Part shown: piece after piece, positions 19,673 through 29,284 of the stretch | How positions within the stretch are numbered: position 1 is the first letter of the stretch | Layout: the number at the start of each line of letters is the position of its first letter | Assembly (NCBI GenBank): GCA_963826785.1 | Contig: CAWGYD010000001.1 | Location: forward strand, 352,001 to 416,000 | Source of the DNA: an uncultured delta proteobacterium | Lineage (GTDB): Bacteria > Desulfobacterota > Desulfobacteria > Desulfobacterales > Desulfosalsimonadaceae | Length of the DNA: 64,000 nt | Direction of reading: 5' to 3' | The notes under the pieces: generated by a model | What the model saw: only the letters and a program-made list of their open reading frames with translations | Told to the model about the DNA's origin: nothing | Databases searched by the model: none | Made by a program: the position numbers and the translations under genes

Positions 19673-20614
19673 ATGTCTATTTTCCAACAAAAAAGCTTAA
19701 TCGGCGCCCTCATCAAAGGCATGTGCATCCTGGCTGTAAGCTGGTTTGTGTTCATATGCGTTATTGTGCGCGCGGAAAATAAGGCGGACGCGTTTCCGGA
19801 GATGCCCCGGCCGGACCACGTTGTCATCGTGATCATGGAGAACAAGTCATTTTCTGACATTATCGGCAATTCGGAGGCACCGTATATCAATTCGCTTGCC
19901 CGGAGCGGAGCGCTTTTGTCCCGTTCTTACGGCATCTCCCATCCAAGCGAGCCCAATTATCTGGCATTGTTTTCCGGTTCTACCCAGGGAATTTATAGCG
20001 ACTCCTGCCCGCACACGTTTACCAGTCCGAATCTCGGGAGCGAACTGCTGGGCATGGGCCTGAGCTTCGGTACATTTTCTGAATCGATTCCATCGACGGG
20101 GTTCACCGGCTGTGTCCACGGCCAGTATTACCGCAAGCACAACCCGGCGGTGAACTGGCAGGGCGTAAATATCCCTCCTGAAACAAATTTGTCTTTTTCA
20201 AGCTTTCCATCAGATTACAACCTGCTGCCCACAGTGTCCCTGGTCATCCCCAACATCATCAACGACATGCATGATGGGAGTATTGCCGCGGGCGATAAGT
20301 GGCTAAAGGATAATCTGGATGGTTATATCGCATGGGCACGCACCCACAACAGCTTGCTGATTCTGACCTGGGATGAAGGCAAAACCTGGTTTGGCTTTAT
20401 AGGGGGCAATCATATCCCCACCATTCTGGTCGGAGAGGATGTGCAAAATGGCGTGTACAATCGGCGGGTGGATCACTATGACATGCTGAGAACCATTTTG
20501 GAAATGTACGGATTGAATCCAATCGGTAAAAGTGGAGATGCCAGGCCGCTTGTGGACATATGGAAGAAATCAGAATCCAATCAACCGGCGGATAGTGCAC
20601 GAAAGAACTTCTGA
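19673..20614 (+). CDS. Secreted acid phosphatase / phosphoesterase family protein
   Basis: HVVIVIMEN, HPSEPNY, YYRKHNP, DMHDG and TWDE motifs; N-terminal hydrophobic segment. Confidence 0.88.
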   Translation: MSIFQQKSLIGALIKGMCILAVSWFVFICVIVRAENKADAFPEMPRPDHVVIVIMENKSFSDIIGNSEAPYINSLARSGALLSRSYGISHPSEPNYLALFSGSTQGIYSDSCPHTFTSPNLGSELLGMGLSFGTFSESIPSTGFTGCVHGQYYRKHNPAVNWQGVNIPPETNLSFSSFPSDYNLLPTVSLVIPNIINDMHDGSIAAGDKWLKDNLDGYIAWARTHNSLLILTWDEGKTWFGFIGGNHIPTILVGEDVQNGVYNRRVDHYDMLRTILEMYGLNPIGKSGDARPLVDIWKKSESNQPADSARKNF

Positions 20615-20670
20615 AAGGCTTGGTTTTTAGGGAGTTTCTGTATCGGATGGGATCTGCTTGGATTGTAATT

Positions 20671-20693
20671 TGGTGGTCCGAATGGGAATTGAA
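20671..20693 (-). repeat. Degenerate copy of the tRNA-Glu 3' end (att-like site)
   Basis: TGGTGGTCCGAATGGGAATTGAA versus TGGTGGTCCCAACGGGAATCGAA at 21699-21721; 20/23 identical, same orientation. Confidence 0.75.
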
Positions 20694-20772
20694 AAGAAAG
20701 GATAATAGTCTGATAAATAAAATAATAAGGAGTTTGATTTTAAAAAACGCGCCCGAATTGGAGATTACTTTT

Positions 20773-21015
20773 TTACAGATAAGAATAAAACTCTTGTTTA
20801 GTTAATCCGGATTGTTCAATCATTTTGCCAAGCAACCTGTGCCCGTATTTTTCTTTTTTACTTTTCATATGGTCCACTGTCACAATTCGCCTCTTGCCAT
20901 TTACGTATCCCTCCCATTGGGCGTGACTTGCCTTCTGGCGCTTTACTGTAAATCCTGCTTTGGTTAAGATTTGTTCAACTTGCTGGCGGTCAAGAGGCGG
21001 GAATTTTTCTCCCAT
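20773..21015 (-). CDS. hicA: HicA-family toxin
   Basis: Basic 80-aa protein with L..AGF..KRQKASH, IVTV and QSGLT.QEF; TAATG coupling to the upstream gene. Confidence 0.8.
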   Translation of the reverse strand: MGEKFPPLDRQQVEQILTKAGFTVKRQKASHAQWEGYVNGKRRIVTVDHMKSKKEKYGHRLLGKMIEQSGLTKQEFYSYL

Positions 21016-21353
21016 TAGCACTCATTGGCTAAGTGGAACGGAATAAACTCATTAAAAACGAGCTTATCCTTAAAATCGCGGAATGAAACAATTGCTTTAA
21101 TGCCGTAATAAATCAACCAGTCTTTAATTGGAGCTTTGCGGGAGAGCAACTCGGGAATGGAATTATGGTTATCTGTGTCTGTAACAGCCTCAATATAGCT
21201 ATATATCGTATCGGCAAGTTTCTCTTTTAAAGATTCGAGCGACTCTGCCTCTACCGCTATGTTGAGATCAAGGCAAACACCATACCAATCTCCAGAATCT
21301 AATCTATGCCCATAACACCGCAACACAAGTTTGCTAATTGAAATATTGGCCAC
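21015..21353 (-). CDS. HicB-like antitoxin
   Basis: WYGVCLDLNIAVEAESLESLKEKL fits the HicB N-terminal partial RNase H pattern; coupled to hicA. Confidence 0.65.
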   Translation of the reverse strand: MANISISKLVLRCYGHRLDSGDWYGVCLDLNIAVEAESLESLKEKLADTIYSYIEAVTDTDNHNSIPELLSRKAPIKDWLIYYGIKAIVSFRDFKDKLVFNEFIPFHLANEC

Positions 21354-21657
21354 GGCTCCACCCCCCAATCAATCGTTAATTTTTCATCCAAATTCAATAA
21401 TATATATTTTAATTTCATCGTCAAGGAAATTCTATAAATTTCACAATGCTTCCTCATTGACTCCAAGGGACATTTTCAACTTGTCCAACCCTTCTTTGCT
21501 TCAACCTGTTCCAATATTGCCCTGACTGGATGAATGATCAAGGGATAACCTGAAATTGTATTACCTCTGATTCAGGGTGGCTCTTCAAGGGGGCGATTTT
21601 GGAAAATGCTTCTTCAGGTTGGAAATAGCTTTGGAAAAGAAAATTCTAAAAATGTGA

Positions 21658-21688
21658 AAGGGGGTCACAGAATCGTTGTAACCCCCTT
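21658..21688 (-). terminator. Hairpin downstream of tRNA-Glu
   Basis: AAGGGGGTCACA...TGTAACCCCCTT inverted repeat. Confidence 0.6.
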
Positions 21689-21698
21689 AAATTATTGC

Positions 21699-21774
21699 TG
21701 GTGGTCCCAACGGGAATCGAACCCGTGTTTTCGGCGTGAGAGGCCGACGTCCTAGGCCGCTAGACGATGGGACC
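21699..21774 (-). tRNA. tRNA-Glu (anticodon CTC)
   Basis: 76-nt cloverleaf: GGTCCCA acceptor stem, TCGGC-CTCTCAC-GCCGA anticodon arm, GTTCGATTC T-loop, encoded CCA. Confidence 0.96.
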
Positions 21775-21849
21775 AGAGAGGGTAAATCCGTGTGCGGGGC
21801 GGATGTCGATTCGTGCTGAAGTGAATGGGCGCCCGCCAAAATCTGCCAA

Positions 21850-21878
21850 AACATAGTCGGGCGGCGGACTTTTGTCAA
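21850..21878 (-). promoter_or_regulatory. Sigma70 promoter of tRNA-Glu
   Basis: TTGACA-17-TATGTT on the minus strand. Confidence 0.65.
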
Positions 21879-21962
21879 TTAATATTTCGCTGCATCGAAT
21901 CCGGTGCGGGCGGGTTTCCAAAGGACATGAAAAATAAGCGCCCTGGTGTTTCCGGCCGGGTT

Positions 21963-22172
21963 TTACTGGGGTTGCCGGACGCCTCGACGGAACCCGATAA
22001 TCAGATAGATCAGCCATCCCACAAAGGGGATAAGGGACACGATCCACCAGAAGATTTTTTCGCCGGTGGAGGGAAACTGCTTTACCGCGACATTGATCAG
22101 TGCCCACAGGGTCAGCAGAAAAAAAGGGATCGTTGCTGCGAACACCAGGGCGACTGTCTGGAGATTGATCAT
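21963..22172 (-). CDS. Small membrane protein, PLDc N-terminal domain-like
   Basis: Two TM segments with K..WW....IPFVGWLIYL. Confidence 0.75.
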   Translation of the reverse strand: MINLQTVALVFAATIPFFLLTLWALINVAVKQFPSTGEKIFWWIVSLIPFVGWLIYLIIGFRRGVRQPQ

Positions 22173-22175
22173 TAT

Positions 22176-23078
22176 TTAATAGCCTTTAAGTTTCTCCGAG
22201 ATATTCAAGACGGTGTTCACGTAATAGCTGCTGTGATTGTAATTGTATACCACCTTTTCGGCATCCTTCCGGCTGATGCCGGGAACCCATCCGTAATATT
22301 TAAGGTAATTGGCGATGCTGGCGATGGCGTCCGCATGGTGAAACAGGTTGACTTTTCCATCCTTGTTGCCGTCCTGGGCCAGAATGAGAATGTTGCTGGG
22401 CATGAACTGGGCGATCCCCATGGCACCGGCATATGAGCCGTTGATTTCAACGGGATCGATCTGCTCCCGGTCGGCATACTTGAGAAATGCCTTGAGCTCC
22501 TTGTAGGCCCACTCCGATTTCTGTTTCGCTTTCCGGTCATATTCCGCCCGGGTGATCCGGTTTTGAACCGGGATTTCATCCCAGAACTCCGCCTGAATTT
22601 TGGGATCGGACAGGGCCGCCATGGTGGCGAGGATCCCCAGGACCGAACGGTTGCCCACGTAAGTGCCCAGCCGGGTTTCCACCAGCATGATGGCTGTGAT
22701 CACGTGCCGGTCCACCCCGTATTCCATTTCCGCCTTCAACAGATCGGCATGATACCGCTCCATGTATTTTTTGGCCTTTGAAATGGAATCCTCCTGGAGG
22801 AACTGGTCGTAATTGAGCTTGCTTTCCTGGTGCCGGAAGTACGATGAGATCCCCTTGACATCGAAATCCAGTTCCGAATTGTTGAATATGGCGGCGATCG
22901 CCTCCGGGTCGAATTTGTCATCGGGATCTGCGATGAGCCGCTGCTGGAGACTGTTGAAATTGAGCTCTTTTTCGGCCCGGCAAGCGGTAAAGGACAGGGC
23001 GATAAATGCAATGGTGAAAAACAGGTGAAAACAGCAGGTGATGAATGGTCTGGGATACAAACGGTTATAAGCGGTCAC
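22176..23078 (-). CDS. Lytic murein transglycosylase (MltB-like)
   Basis: VETRLG, GSYAGAMGIAQFMPS, DGNKDG, SIANYL and YNHSSYY motifs. Confidence 0.9.
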   Translation of the reverse strand: MTAYNRLYPRPFITCCFHLFFTIAFIALSFTACRAEKELNFNSLQQRLIADPDDKFDPEAIAAIFNNSELDFDVKGISSYFRHQESKLNYDQFLQEDSISKAKKYMERYHADLLKAEMEYGVDRHVITAIMLVETRLGTYVGNRSVLGILATMAALSDPKIQAEFWDEIPVQNRITRAEYDRKAKQKSEWAYKELKAFLKYADREQIDPVEINGSYAGAMGIAQFMPSNILILAQDGNKDGKVNLFHHADAIASIANYLKYYGWVPGISRKDAEKVVYNYNHSSYYVNTVLNISEKLKGY

Positions 23079-23910
23079 ACTGCCTCCGGAATTGGGGTTT
23101 GTCGAATGATAAAGCGATCGGGTCTATTGGAATCTGATAGCGGCGCCGGCGATGAAAACCGGTCAGATGATGGTATCCGGATGCCTGCAGCAGTTTGATT
23201 GCTTTGTCAAAATGCTGCCCGACACTGTCCGGTCGGTGGGCGTCTGATCCGAGCGTCATTGGGATGCCTTTTTGCCGGCATTTTTCCACCAGCGCGGCAT
23301 CCGGATAACTCTCCTTAGCCGGGTGGTTGAACCCGCTGGTATTGAGTTCGACTACGATATTTTTATAGCTGATTATGTCCAGTATTGCATCAAGTTTTTC
23401 GAAAAAGCGGATAGTGGCGCGCCGGCCGAACTTCTTGACCACGTCTATGTGGCAGATCATGTCAAACCAGTCGCATTGAAGCATCGCCTCCAGGTGCTCA
23501 AGGTATGACTCGCAGATAAAGTCCATGTCGGCATTTTCCCTGGCTTCGGTCTGGCGGCTGCTGACCAGGTTGATGTCGTAAATAAAATGGACCGAGGCGC
23601 CGATGACATCGAAAGCCAACGGCGCGATGATTGCGGCGATGCGGCCGGCATTTTCGGGGTCGTAATCTATTTCCAGCCCCGCTTTTATGTCGATCCTATC
23701 CCTGTACCGGTGGGCCAGCCCCCGGACCGCATTGAGGTAAAGGGGAAGGTCGCCCGGCGTCATGGACAGATGACTTCCCCCCCTGTGCAGGGTGAGATGT
23801 TCCAGGAAGCAGATTTCCGAGAGCCCTTTTGCGACGGCTGCTTCGATGTACTGGATCATGCTTCCCCGGGCATGACGGCACAGGGGTGTGTGCATGTGGT
23901 AGTCGATCAT
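23065..23910 (-). CDS. Histidinol-phosphatase HisJ family (PHP domain)
   Basis: DYHMHT.LC.HA, GLEID, ELNTSG and GSDAH motifs. Confidence 0.88.
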   Translation of the reverse strand: MIDYHMHTPLCRHARGSMIQYIEAAVAKGLSEICFLEHLTLHRGGSHLSMTPGDLPLYLNAVRGLAHRYRDRIDIKAGLEIDYDPENAGRIAAIIAPLAFDVIGASVHFIYDINLVSSRQTEARENADMDFICESYLEHLEAMLQCDWFDMICHIDVVKKFGRRATIRFFEKLDAILDIISYKNIVVELNTSGFNHPAKESYPDAALVEKCRQKGIPMTLGSDAHRPDSVGQHFDKAIKLLQASGYHHLTGFHRRRRYQIPIDPIALSFDKPQFRRQCDRL

Positions 23911-24058
23911 GGCTAAAAAGAACTTTAAATCATTTGGAAAATCATTATAATAAACCCGTCGGGGCGCAACGGGGCAATGAATCGATCATGCCATTTGACC
24001 GCGGCGCTGTCAACGTGAACCGGCATGCTTGTGCGGCGCCGGAAAATGAATTGGGAAA

Positions 24059-25429
24059 ATGATAAAGAAAAGCAGCCTCAAAACTCTGTACTGCTGCCGG
24101 GAATGCGGGCATTCGGCCCCCAAGTGGATGGGCCGGTGTCCGGACTGCGGCGGGTGGGATACGTTTGTCCAGGAGCAAAAAAAAGAGGGGCGCCCCTATG
24201 GGTCGGCATCTTCAGCTACCGGTTTCGCCCGGCCGGTGCCCATCGATTCGGTGGTCCTGGAGGACGAATTCCGGATATCCACCGGGATCAATGAATTTGA
24301 CCGGGTCCTGGGGGGCGGGGTGATTCCCGGCAGCCTGGTGCTGATCGGCGGCGACCCGGGAATCGGCAAGTCGACCCTGCTGCTGCAGGTGTTTCATCAG
24401 CTGGCCAACAGCGGCCGCAAGGTGCTCTACGTGTCCGGGGAGGAATCGGTGCGGCAGCTGAAAATGCGCAGCCAGCGCCTCAATGCCGTATCCCCCAACA
24501 TGCTGGTGGTATCTGAAATCGATATGGAGTCGGTCCTGTCCATGGTGGATTCGGTCAAACCCGACGCCCTGGTGATCGACTCCATCCAGACCATGTATTC
24601 ACACGATGCGGGATCGGCCCCCGGCAGCGTCAGCCAGGTTCGGGAAGCCACCATGAAGCTGATGGTCATGGCGAAGAACACCAACGTGCCCACCTTTCTC
24701 ATCGGCCATGTCACCAAGGAGGGTGCCATCGCCGGGCCGCGGATCATGGAGCACATGGTGGACACGGTGCTCTATTTCGAGGGGGATCAGAATCATGTAT
24801 TCCGCATCCTGCGGGCGGTGAAGAACCGGTTCGGCTCCACCAACGAGATCGGGGTGTTTGAAATGAAGGAATTCGGCCTTGCCGAGGTGCCCAATCCCTC
24901 GGCCGTGTTCCTGGCCGAGCGGGCCGCCAATGCGCCCGGTTCGGTGGTGACCGCCTGCATGGAAGGCACCCGGCCGATCCTCATCGAACTGCAGGCGCTC
25001 ATCAGCAGCGCGGGTTTCGGAACCCCCCGGCGTACGGTGCTGGGTCTGGATTACAACCGGGTTTCCCTGCTGGTGGCGGTGATGGAGAAGAAACTGGGGC
25101 TGAACATGGCCGGCCAGGACATCTTCATGAACGTGGCCGGCGGGGTGAAGGTCACCGAACCGGCGGTGGACCTGGGGATCGCGGCCGCAGTGGCGTCGAG
25201 CTTTTTGGATCGCCCCATCCCGGAGGGGACCCTGTTGCTGGGGGAGGTGGGCCTGTCAGGAGAGGTGCGGGGGATCTCCCACCTGGAAAGCCGGGTCGCA
25301 GAGATCCGGAAAATGGGCTTTACCCGGTGCCTGGTGCCCGCCAGCAGCTTAAAGCCTCTGAAGAAGATGAGCGGTATCGAGCTGATCGGGATCCGGCAGC
25401 TCGCCGAGGTGATGGAAATCCTGTTTTAA
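24059..25429 (+). CDS. radA: DNA repair protein RadA/Sms
   Basis: C4 zinc finger, GDPGIGKST and KNRFG motifs. Confidence 0.97.
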   Translation: MIKKSSLKTLYCCRECGHSAPKWMGRCPDCGGWDTFVQEQKKEGRPYGSASSATGFARPVPIDSVVLEDEFRISTGINEFDRVLGGGVIPGSLVLIGGDPGIGKSTLLLQVFHQLANSGRKVLYVSGEESVRQLKMRSQRLNAVSPNMLVVSEIDMESVLSMVDSVKPDALVIDSIQTMYSHDAGSAPGSVSQVREATMKLMVMAKNTNVPTFLIGHVTKEGAIAGPRIMEHMVDTVLYFEGDQNHVFRILRAVKNRFGSTNEIGVFEMKEFGLAEVPNPSAVFLAERAANAPGSVVTACMEGTRPILIELQALISSAGFGTPRRTVLGLDYNRVSLLVAVMEKKLGLNMAGQDIFMNVAGGVKVTEPAVDLGIAAAVASSFLDRPIPEGTLLLGEVGLSGEVRGISHLESRVAEIRKMGFTRCLVPASSLKPLKKMSGIELIGIRQLAEVMEILF

Positions 25430-25549
25430 ATCTGAAAAATTCTGACTCCCCATTTCGTACAAGCGGGGCAGGGCGGGGCACCAAATCCCCTGAATCTCTC
25501 TTTAATGGATGCGGAAGGCCTTGACGCGGGGCGGTATTAGGTATAGAAA

Positions 25550-26206
25550 ATGGCAAAAAAGCAATCCAGACCCGGTAAGCTGAAAAGCCGGTATCAGACC
25601 GATTTTTACGCGCAGAAAGCCAAAAAAGAAAATTTCGCGGCGCGCTCGGTTTACAAATTAAAGGAAATCCAGCAGAAATATGCCCTGATCCGCAAAGGGG
25701 GCAGGGTGCTTGACCTGGGCTGTGCGCCGGGATCCTGGCTGGAATTTGCCGCAGAGATCACCGGTCCGGCGGGTTTAGTGACGGGGATCGATTTGAAACC
25801 GGTGGACCGCAGGTTTCCCTGCCATGTCCGGGTATTCACCGGCGATGTCCTGGAAATGGCCGGGGTGTCGGAAGGCGAGTTGGCGGATCGGATCGGGGAC
25901 GGCTTCCAGGCCGTGCTGAGCGACATGGCCCCGTCCACCACCGGACGCAAGGAAGTGGATGCGGCCCGGTCCTATCATCTCTGCCGGGCCGCCCTCAAGA
26001 TCGCGGAAAAAGCCCTGGAACCCGGCGGCAATTTCGTGTGCAAGATTTTCCAGGGGGAGGATTTCACCGATTTTGCGGCGTCGGTGCAGGGCGCTTTTGA
26101 GATGTCGAAAATTTTCAAACCGCAGAGTTGCCGCAAGGAAAGCAAAGAAATCTATATCATCGGCATGATGAAAAAAAAAGAGGAGGATCGAAATGTCAGG
26201 ACATAG
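25550..26206 (+). CDS. rlmE: 23S rRNA Um2552 methyltransferase
   Basis: [21 protein letters not shown] and SKEIY motifs. Confidence 0.93.
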   Translation: MAKKQSRPGKLKSRYQTDFYAQKAKKENFAARSVYKLKEIQQKYALIRKGGRVLDLGCAPGSWLEFAAEITGPAGLVTGIDLKPVDRRFPCHVRVFTGDVLEMAGVSEGELADRIGDGFQAVLSDMAPSTTGRKEVDAARSYHLCRAALKIAEKALEPGGNFVCKIFQGEDFTDFAASVQGAFEMSKIFKPQSCRKESKEIYIIGMMKKKEEDRNVRT

Positions 26207-26942
26207 CAAGTGGGCGAATATCAAGCATAAAAAAGGTGCTGAAGACGCCAAGCGGGGGAAAGTATTTACCAAGATCGTAAAAGAGATCATCGTGGCCGCC
26301 CGTACCGGCGGCGGTGACCCCACCGGCAACCCCCTGCTGCGCACCGCCCTGGCAAAGGCCAAAACCAACAATGTCCCCAAGGACAATATCGAGCGGGCCA
26401 TCAAGAAGGGGACGGGCGAACTGGAAGGGGCCAACTACGAGGAATCCACCTATGAAGGATACGGGCCCGGCGGCGCGGCCGTGCTCATTGAATCGCTTTC
26501 GGACAACAAGAACCGCACCGTGGCCGAGATCCGCCATATCTTTTCCAAGCACGCCGGAAATCTGGGGGAAAACGGGTGTGTTGGCTGGATGTTCGAAAAA
26601 AAAGGGTGGTTTGCTGTCAGCCGGAAAGACACGGACGAGGAAACCCTGATGTCCGTGGCACTGGACGCGGGGGCAGAAGACATCAAGGATGAAGGCGAAG
26701 ATAATTTCGAGATCATTACCGCGCCGCAGGATTTTGATGCGGTAAAGGAAGCGCTGGAAAAGGCTTCCATTCCCGTTGAAGATGCCGAAGTCACCATGCT
26801 GCCCCAGAACTATGTCAGCCTGACCGGCAAGGAAGCCGAGCAGATGGTTAAACTCATGGGCGCACTGGAAGACAACGACGATATCCAGAACGTCTACACC
26901 AACGCCGATATCGATGAGGAATCGATTCAGGAAATGGCATAG
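26193..26942 (+). CDS. yebC: YebC/PmpR family protein
   Basis: [22 protein letters not shown] and SDNKNRT motifs. Confidence 0.96.
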   Translation: MSGHSKWANIKHKKGAEDAKRGKVFTKIVKEIIVAARTGGGDPTGNPLLRTALAKAKTNNVPKDNIERAIKKGTGELEGANYEESTYEGYGPGGAAVLIESLSDNKNRTVAEIRHIFSKHAGNLGENGCVGWMFEKKGWFAVSRKDTDEETLMSVALDAGAEDIKDEGEDNFEIITAPQDFDAVKEALEKASIPVEDAEVTMLPQNYVSLTGKEAEQMVKLMGALEDNDDIQNVYTNADIDEESIQEMA

Positions 26943-26971
26943 GCGCTGTTGCAGTATAGTTGGGGTTCAGT

Positions 26972-27025
26972 CCTTGAGGGGGGCGTTTTTCACCCCCCCT
27001 GTCCCCTCCCGTCATGGGAGGCGAA
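26972..27025. repeat. Degenerate C/G-rich REP-like element
   Basis: CCTTGAGGGGGG...CACCCCCCCTGTCCCCTCCCGTCATGGGAGG shares motifs with 565-757. Confidence 0.5.
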
Positions 27026-27058
27026 TTTGAAAGCGATATTCCGCCAATGAGCGGAATT

Positions 27059-27154
27059 CATTCCATCATTCCATCATTCCATCATTCCATCATTCCATCA
27101 TTCCATCATTCCATCATTCCATCATTCCATCATTCCATCATTCCATCATTCCAT
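27059..27154. repeat. Perfect tandem repeat (CATTCCAT) x12
   Basis: 96 bp counted directly; lies between the convergent yebC and nadA. Confidence 0.95.
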
Positions 27155-27163
27155 TTTTTCCCC

Positions 27164-28066
27164 CTATTTCAATTCGATCATCCGCTGCACCGAGGAGAGG
27201 GCGGGCAAGCGGATTTCTTCGGGTACTCTGACTTCGTTTTCCAGGGTTTCCAGGGTGGACCGCACGTCGGCCACGGTGATTTTTTTCATGTCTTTACATT
27301 CCATGGCTTCGGATGCCGGGTAGAAGGTTTTTTCCGGATTCTTTTTTTTCAGGGGGTAGAGGAGGCCGACTTCGGTGCCCACGATGAATTCGCGCTTTGA
27401 GGATTCTTCGGCATACCGGAGCATGCCCGAGGTGCTGGTGACCACATCGGCGATATCCAGTACCTCCTGCCGGCATTCGGGATGGGCCATGACCACGGCA
27501 TCGGGGTGCGCAGCCTTTTGAGAAAGGAGCATTTCTGCACTCAGCTTGTCGTGAAAGGGGCAGTAGCCGTCCCATGCATGGATGATTTTGTCGGTTTTGG
27601 CGGCGGTGTAGGCGGCCAGGTTCCGGTCGGGAACCATCAGGACTTCTTTTTGGGGAAGGCTTTGCACCACTTTGATGGAATTGGCGGAAGTGCAGCAGAT
27701 AGTGGTCAGGGCCTTTACCGCTGCAGATGAATTCACATAGGTGACCACCGGCAGACCGGGGAATCGGGCCATTTTCGCCTTGAGCGCATCCGGGGTGACC
27801 ATGTCGGCCATGGGGCATCCGGCGGACCGGTTGGGCAGCAGCACCGTTTTTTCCGGGGAGAGGATGGATGCGGTTTCCGCCATGAAGTGGACCCCGCAGA
27901 AGACGATAATCTGCGCATCGGTTTTGGCGGCCCGGATGCTCAATTCCAAAGAATCGCCGCACAGATCGGCGATCTCCTGGATTTCCGGCGGCTGGTAGTT
28001 GTGTGCTAAAATGACGGCGTTTTTTTCCCTCGCCAGTTTACGGATGAGCTCTTTTTCTGAGGGCAT
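27164..28066 (-). CDS. nadA: Quinolinate synthase
   Basis: AHNYQ, FCGVHFMAET, AGCPMA, YVNS, AHPEC and the third Cys in MECKDM. Confidence 0.96.
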   Translation of the reverse strand: MPSEKELIRKLAREKNAVILAHNYQPPEIQEIADLCGDSLELSIRAAKTDAQIIVFCGVHFMAETASILSPEKTVLLPNRSAGCPMADMVTPDALKAKMARFPGLPVVTYVNSSAAVKALTTICCTSANSIKVVQSLPQKEVLMVPDRNLAAYTAAKTDKIIHAWDGYCPFHDKLSAEMLLSQKAAHPDAVVMAHPECRQEVLDIADVVTSTSGMLRYAEESSKREFIVGTEVGLLYPLKKKNPEKTFYPASEAMECKDMKKITVADVRSTLETLENEVRVPEEIRLPALSSVQRMIELK

Positions 28067-28180
28067 GCGTTTTCCTGTTTCCGGGGCGGACACCCCAAGC
28101 CCCTGAAAGGGGATTTGGTTAATGATCGCGGTTATCCGCTTGCTCCGGCATAACCGAGGTTCTTTAAAAAGCAACAGGCG

Positions 28181-28861
28181 CTATTTGTCGAGTTCCACTA
28201 CATCGGATCCCGGGGGGATTTGGAACTCGAACAGGCTCTGGGCCAGGTTATCGGAAAATTTAAGGTTGGAAAACCGCAGTTTGGTTTCATCGCCATAGGC
28301 GTTTTTCGTAATCACCTGGAGGATGTCAAACGTCTGCCTGTCGATATTGACGATGATGGCGCTCAGATCAAGCTGCTGTTCCCGGGGGACCAGCTTGAGG
28401 GTGTACACGCCGTCTCCTGCAGGCGGCTCCCGGGTCACCGTGAACATTTCTTTGAGCAGGCTCATGTTGGAGAGAAAGCTTGCGCCCTTGCCGTTGCCGA
28501 AGTAGGCGGAGGCATCCCCCACCACCACCTGGTTGTCCACCGGCCGGTAGATCCACAGGGTTTTTCCGTCGGTGATAATCGCGTGTTTCTCCGGAGTTTC
28601 ATATTCCCAGCGCATCATGCCGGGATGCTTGAACCATGCTTTTCCGGTGGCCGTATCCGTGATGTCCATGGCCTGGAGCGTCGATTCCTGGGAAAAATCT
28701 GCGGAAAAATCTTTGCCCGTATAGCGGTTTTCGAGCCGGGCGATGATTTCCGGGGTGGACAAGCCGGCTGCCGGGGATTGATCTCTTTGTGTTGCGTCCT
28801 GTGCAAAACCGGCTGCGGGCAGGACGGTAATGATGAGCAAAATATAAAATATTCTAAGCAT
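28181..28861 (-). CDS. lolA: Outer-membrane lipoprotein carrier LolA family protein
   Basis: Signal peptide; FSADFSQ, PGMMRWEY, DGKTLWIY and FEFQIPPG motifs. Confidence 0.88.
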   Translation of the reverse strand: MLRIFYILLIITVLPAAGFAQDATQRDQSPAAGLSTPEIIARLENRYTGKDFSADFSQESTLQAMDITDTATGKAWFKHPGMMRWEYETPEKHAIITDGKTLWIYRPVDNQVVVGDASAYFGNGKGASFLSNMSLLKEMFTVTREPPAGDGVYTLKLVPREQQLDLSAIIVNIDRQTFDILQVITKNAYGDETKLRFSNLKFSDNLAQSLFEFQIPPGSDVVELDK

Positions 28862-29098
28862 TTGCAATATTTCCTTGGGGTCGTTTTTTTGCGTAAAATA
28901 CCAAATATCCCTACCATATAATGTTCGGTGTGTAAAATAAATGTTGTCCGATTGAAAATCGCTTTTTTTTCAAACGAAAACGCGTTTGAGGCAATTCTGC
29001 AAATCAACAGGGATACGCGATTTATCCTATGGTTCTTTACGGGGCGATGATCTGAAGTTTCGCCCGAGTCGATAAATCATTTTTTATTGGTCCGCGAC

Positions 29099-29112
29099 TG
29101 AATGGTTATTCA
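29099..29112. promoter_or_regulatory. Palindrome upstream of fadN, possible TetR-type operator
   Basis: TGAAT-GGTT-ATTCA; a TTGACA hexamer lies downstream at 29187. Confidence 0.35.
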
Positions 29113-29284
29113 TTGGAATCTACCGGGTTTGCGATAAGTTTCGGAATTTATAATTAAATGTCGGGTCTTTACGATCGAGTTTTTTCTTGACACCGAAAAA
29201 AGCACTCTGTTAAGAGTAATCTTTTGCCTTTTTTGAGGGGTTTGTGGCATTTTTGCTAAACACTATATATCTCAGGAGGTCATT

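Noticed and set aside
21370..21660. Integrase remnant next to tRNA-Glu
   Set aside because: I found no tyrosine- or serine-recombinase motif in the frames I read; a translated search would be needed to exclude it
27014..27400. 128-aa ORF with HSIIPSFH repeats
   Set aside because: It is the translation of the octamer tract and runs antisense into nadA
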